Assembly: GCF_000011805.1 (NCBI RefSeq)
Contig: NC_006840.2
Source of the DNA: Aliivibrio fischeri ES114
GTDB lineage: Bacteria; Pseudomonadota; Gammaproteobacteria; Enterobacterales; Vibrionaceae
DNA length: 32,000 nucleotides
Direction: 5' to 3' (one strand)
A model generated the notes under the pieces. The model saw only the letters and a program-made list of their open reading frames with translations, did no database searches and had not been told where the DNA came from. Positions 28,469 through 32,000 of this stretch are shown here, piece after piece (positions within the stretch are counted from its first letter, which is position 1; every line of letters begins with the position of its first letter). The position numbers and the translations under genes were made by a program.

Positions 28469-30383
28469 TCTCTTTTTCTTCAATTTGTTCTTGAAGATCC
28501 ATCCATTCCATTTCAACTTCTTCGAGTTCAGATTTTGCTGATGCTTGAATGGCAAGAACTTCCGTTAAACGCTTTTTGTTTTCTGCTTCATATAATGAAA
28601 CGTCACCAAGCTCTTCTTCTGCTTGGCTTAATGCTTCATTAAGCTTATCCATTCGAGTTTCAAGTTTAGTCACTTCTTTTCGTAATGGGGCAATTAGCTT
28701 TCTGAATTCGGCTTCTTTGCGTTTTTGTTCTTTTTTCTCTGCTGCACTTAAACTGGTTGATGTGCTTGGATTATCTTGCTTGTCTTGTTGCTGTTGTTCT
28801 TTACGCTCGCTCTTATTCTGCTCGGTTAGCCATTTGTAATAATCCGTTAAATCACCATCAAAAGGAACTACTTGGCGGTCATGAACTAAGTATAAGTCAT
28901 CGGTTGTCGCACGAAGTAAATATCTGTCGTGGCTGACAATAACCATTGCACCTTCAAAGGTTTGTAGTGCCATTGTTAGGGCTTGACGCATATCTAAATC
29001 AAGGTGGTTAGTCGGTTCATCAAGCAATAGCATGTTTGGTTTTTGCCATACTACGAGTGCCAGTACTAAACGGGCTTTTTCACCACCAGAGAAAGGACCA
29101 ATTTTTTCTAACGCTTTATCACCTTGGAAACCAAAACTGCCTAAATAATCACGCAGTTGTTGTTCTGTATGATTAGGGGCAATTTGCATTAGGTGCTGAA
29201 GAGGGGTTTCTTCTACGTGTAAGGTTTCCAGTTGGTGCTGTGCGAAGTAACCAATTTTAACCCCTTGAGAGTAAGTAAATACGCCACTCTGCGGAGCTAA
29301 CTCACCTGAAAGTAATTTGATTAGCGTTGATTTACCTGCACCGTTTCGGCCTAAAAGACCAATACGACTTCCCGGAACTAGGTTTAGGCGAATTTGTTCT
29401 AAAATCGTATTGTTTTCATAACCTGCACTGACTTCATCCATCATTAAGATTGGGTTTGGTAGGGCATCAGGTTCTCTAAAATTAAAGCTGAATGGGTTAT
29501 CTAATTGTGCTGGTAGCACTTTTTCCATTTTTTCTAACGCTTTAATTCGGCTTTGTGCTTGGCGTGCTTTTGATGCTTTGTAACGGAAGCGGTCAATGTA
29601 TGACTGCATGTGCGCCATGTTTTTCTGCTGTTTCTGGTATTGTGCTTGTTGTAGGATCAGTTTTTCAGAGCGTTGAACTTCAAATGATGAGTAGTTACCT
29701 GTGTACTCATTCAATTTTTGGTTTTCAACGTGAATAATACGGTTTACTACTGGATCTAAGAAATCACGGTCGTGCGAAATGAGTAATAGAGTTCCCGGGT
29801 AGTTTTGTAACCAACGCTCAAGCCACATTACGGCATCTAAGTCTAAGTGGTTGGTTGGTTCATCAAGTAATAATAAATCAGAGCGACAAATCAATGCTTG
29901 TGCTAAGTTTAAACGCATACGCCAACCACCAGAGAATTGGGTTAAATTCCATTCCATCTGTTGTTGTGAAAAGCCTAAACCATTAAGTAATTCTGCAGCA
30001 CGAGAATTAATGGTGTAACCACCTACGGTTTCAAGTTTACCGTGTAATTCAGCAACCAGAGTTCCGTTATCGGCTTCTTCTGCTTTTGCTAATTGCGCTT
30101 CTAAACCACGAAATTCACGGTCACCATCAATAACATAGTCAATGGCTTTGCGTTCTAATGCAGGTGTTTCTTGAGCCACCCAAGCCATTTCCCAGTTATG
30201 TGGAACACGGTTTGAACCTGCATCAACACTCAATTCACCTTTGATTAAGGCAAAAAGTGTGGATTTACCACAGCCATTTTTTCCGACTAAACCGACTTTG
30301 TCACCAGGGTGAATAGTGGCAGAGGCTTGCTCTAGTAATGGCTTTCCGCCACGAAGTAATTGAATGTCTGAAAAGGTAATCAT
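28452..30383 (-). CDS. yheS: ABC-F family ATPase YheS
   Basis: 643 aa. Two ABC cassettes (GKNGCGKST, GRNGAGKST, two LSGG signatures), an inter-domain linker and a charged coiled C-terminal tail. Confidence 0.95.
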   Translation of the reverse strand: MITFSDIQLLRGGKPLLEQASATIHPGDKVGLVGKNGCGKSTLFALIKGELSVDAGSNRVPHNWEMAWVAQETPALERKAIDYVIDGDREFRGLEAQLAKAEEADNGTLVAELHGKLETVGGYTINSRAAELLNGLGFSQQQMEWNLTQFSGGWRMRLNLAQALICRSDLLLLDEPTNHLDLDAVMWLERWLQNYPGTLLLISHDRDFLDPVVNRIIHVENQKLNEYTGNYSSFEVQRSEKLILQQAQYQKQQKNMAHMQSYIDRFRYKASKARQAQSRIKALEKMEKVLPAQLDNPFSFNFREPDALPNPILMMDEVSAGYENNTILEQIRLNLVPGSRIGLLGRNGAGKSTLIKLLSGELAPQSGVFTYSQGVKIGYFAQHQLETLHVEETPLQHLMQIAPNHTEQQLRDYLGSFGFQGDKALEKIGPFSGGEKARLVLALVVWQKPNMLLLDEPTNHLDLDMRQALTMALQTFEGAMVIVSHDRYLLRATTDDLYLVHDRQVVPFDGDLTDYYKWLTEQNKSERKEQQQQDKQDNPSTSTSLSAAEKKEQKRKEAEFRKLIAPLRKEVTKLETRMDKLNEALSQAEEELGDVSLYEAENKKRLTEVLAIQASAKSELEEVEMEWMDLQEQIEEKENAAKQ

Positions 30384-30599
30384 GCTGTGGTTTGCTTCTC
30401 TTAATCTGACTGAATCTTGAAGTTATTTGAATACGATGAGCATAGTAGGCGTAAGAGGGGTGATTGTCGACATTGAAATTGTCTGTATGATAGATAATAC
30501 CAACCGCGGTAGCCTTTTTCTTTTGCTATCTCTGAGCACTTAGTTACTGTGAATGGTATTAAGAGAAAAATAAAACAATAAAGTCAGAAAAGGGAAGAT

Positions 30600-31142
30600 A
30601 TGACTCAGTTGCCTAAAATATTAGTTATTCTTGCTCATCCAGATCCTGAGCAGTCTATCGCCAATAAAGCCATTTTATCGGCTTATTCTCATTTAGAGCA
30701 TGTGACTGTGCATGATCTTTATGCTCATTATCCTGATTTTTTTATTGATGTTGTATTTGAGCATGAACTGCTAGCACAACACGATATTATTATTTTTCAA
30801 CATCCACTTTATCTTTATTCTTGTCCGGCACTATTAAAAGAGTGGATGGATTGCGTTTTAGGTAAAGGGTTTGCTTATGGTAATGGTGATGCTTTAAAAG
30901 GTAAGCAGTGGCGAAGCGTGATCACTGCTGGTGGTATTGAAGAAGCCTTTTCCAAAACAGGATATAACCAACATTCAATGGATGACATTTTGGTTCCATT
31001 TAAAATTACCGCCGCATTGTGTCAGATGGAATGGTTACCGCCCTCTATCCAATACTGGGCACGCAAAATTACGGTAGAAAAACGACAGCAATATATTGAT
31101 GAATATAAAGCTTGGTTGCTAAACCCGAAAGGAGGCATCTAA
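30600..31142 (+). CDS. kefG: Glutathione-regulated K+-efflux system ancillary protein (flavodoxin-like quinone oxidoreductase)
   Basis: 180 aa. [21 protein letters not shown]. The stop overlaps the kefB start (TAATG). Confidence 0.85.
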   Translation: MTQLPKILVILAHPDPEQSIANKAILSAYSHLEHVTVHDLYAHYPDFFIDVVFEHELLAQHDIIIFQHPLYLYSCPALLKEWMDCVLGKGFAYGNGDALKGKQWRSVITAGGIEEAFSKTGYNQHSMDDILVPFKITAALCQMEWLPPSIQYWARKITVEKRQQYIDEYKAWLLNPKGGI

Positions 31143-32000
31143 TGGCTGGTGATTGGTTACATACAAGTTCAATATTTTTAGCCGCAGCTGTGGTAACCGT
31201 ACCTTTGGCACAGCGTTTTGGTCTTGGTGCGGTACTAGGCTATTTATTAGCAGGAATCGCAATTGGTCCATGGGGGTTAAAATTAATTTCAGATGTGGAT
31301 GCGATTCTTCATTTCTCTGAATTTGGCGTGGTATTGCTGCTCTTTTTAATCGGGTTAGAGTTGAACCCCAGTAAATTATGGAAAATGCGAAAACCGATAA
31401 TCGGATTAGGAGGAAGCCAGGTTGTGGTGTCATCTGTGGTGATTACCGCTGCGATGATGTTTTTTGGTTTAGCATGGCAAGTCAGTTTGGTTATCGGCAT
31501 GGGGTTAGCTTTGTCATCGACCGCGATTGCCTTAAGAGTGATAGAAGAGCGTAAACTGTCTGATTCTGAAAGTGGGCAATCTGGTTTTGCGGTTTTGCTG
31601 TTTCAGGATATTGCAGTTATTCCTATGTTAGCGATACTGCCTGTTTTAGCCGGTGGTGCGAGTGGTAATTGGCTCGACGGATTATGGGTTCTTGCTGGTG
31701 TCATTTCTATTTTTACTCTTGCCCATTTTCTATTACGCCCACTTTTTAGCTATGTAGTGAAAAGTGGAGCGAGAGAGTTATTTACTGTTGCCGCATTACT
31801 ACTGGTGATTGGTGTATCTGCTGCGATGAAACAGTTAGGACTCTCTATGGCTCTTGGGGCATTTTTAGCAGGGGTATTGCTGGCTGAAAGTGAGTTTCGT
31901 CATGAGTTAGAAGTGGCTATTGAACCTTTTAAAGGGTTATTGCTTGGTTTGTTTTTTATTGCAGTAGGAATGTCAGTTAATTTAGGGCTATTACTACAGT
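31142..32000 (+). CDS. kefB: Glutathione-regulated K+/H+ antiporter, N-terminal part (3' end outside the window)
   Basis: Not in the ORF track because no stop is reached. Reading from the ATG at 31142 gives [49 protein letters not shown]...[10 protein letters not shown], a typical KefB/KefC CPA2 N-terminus, open to the window end. Confidence 0.9.
   Translation, partial: MAGDWLHTSSIFLAAAVVTVPLAQRFGLGAVLGYLLAGIAIGPWGLKLISDVDAILHFSEFGVVLLLFLIGLELNPSKLWKMRKPIIGLGGSQVVVSSVVITAAMMFFGLAWQVSLVIGMGLALSSTAIALRVIEERKLSDSESGQSGFAVLLFQDIAVIPMLAILPVLAGGASGNWLDGLWVLAGVISIFTLAHFLLRPLFSYVVKSGARELFTVAALLLVIGVSAAMKQLGLSMALGAFLAGVLLAESEFRHELEVAIEPFKGLLLGLFFIAVGMSVNLGLLLQ

Overview
This is an AT-rich gammaproteobacterial chromosome window. 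Gene order and protein sequences look Vibrionaceae, Aliivibrio/Vibrio-like; that is my reading, not a database result.

Bases 1-11.0 kb (+ strand) hold the distal part of a surface-polysaccharide (O-antigen/capsule) operon:
- a Wzx-like flippase tail and an unknown, very AT-rich membrane-anchored protein
- the three-gene UDP-L-FucNAc pathway (fnlA/fnlB/fnlC, CapEFG/WbjBCD type) and a WbuB/WbjE-like GT4 transferase
- an SDR epimerase/reductase, a small PglC-type phosphoglycosyl transferase and a WbpM/PglF-type membrane 4,6-dehydratase
- a ugd gene broken by a +1 frameshift in a T6 run

Bases 11.2-32 kb are housekeeping genes: a DHH/DHHA1 phosphoesterase-like gene, galE, gpmI, a MATE transporter, groES-groEL (sigma-32 type promoter), tpiA, a CHMI-family tautomerase, a small conserved hypothetical, glpX, zapB, rraA, menA, prkB, yheU, yheT, a small conserved hypothetical, yheS, kefG and the 5' part of kefB. 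I saw no tRNA, rRNA, CRISPR array, transposase or integrase.

The unusual content is non-coding. Nine consecutive intergenic regions between 9.5 and 24.1 kb are built from one modular family of GC-rich repeats (about 2.5 kb in total, copies of 80-610 bp).
- The modules recur in both orientations and different combinations. The largest copies are roughly palindromic.
- One module docks within 0-10 nt of stop codons in gene-sense orientation, and once supplies the last 13 codons and the stop of a gene.
- One conserved arm carries a rho-independent terminator, shared by tpiA, glpX and zapB, with compensatory stem changes.
- One arm has expanded into an 11-copy heptamer microsatellite.
- A ~197 bp double-hairpin unit sits nested inside another hairpin that occurs empty at a different locus.

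I cannot tell from the sequence alone whether this repeat family has already been catalogued.
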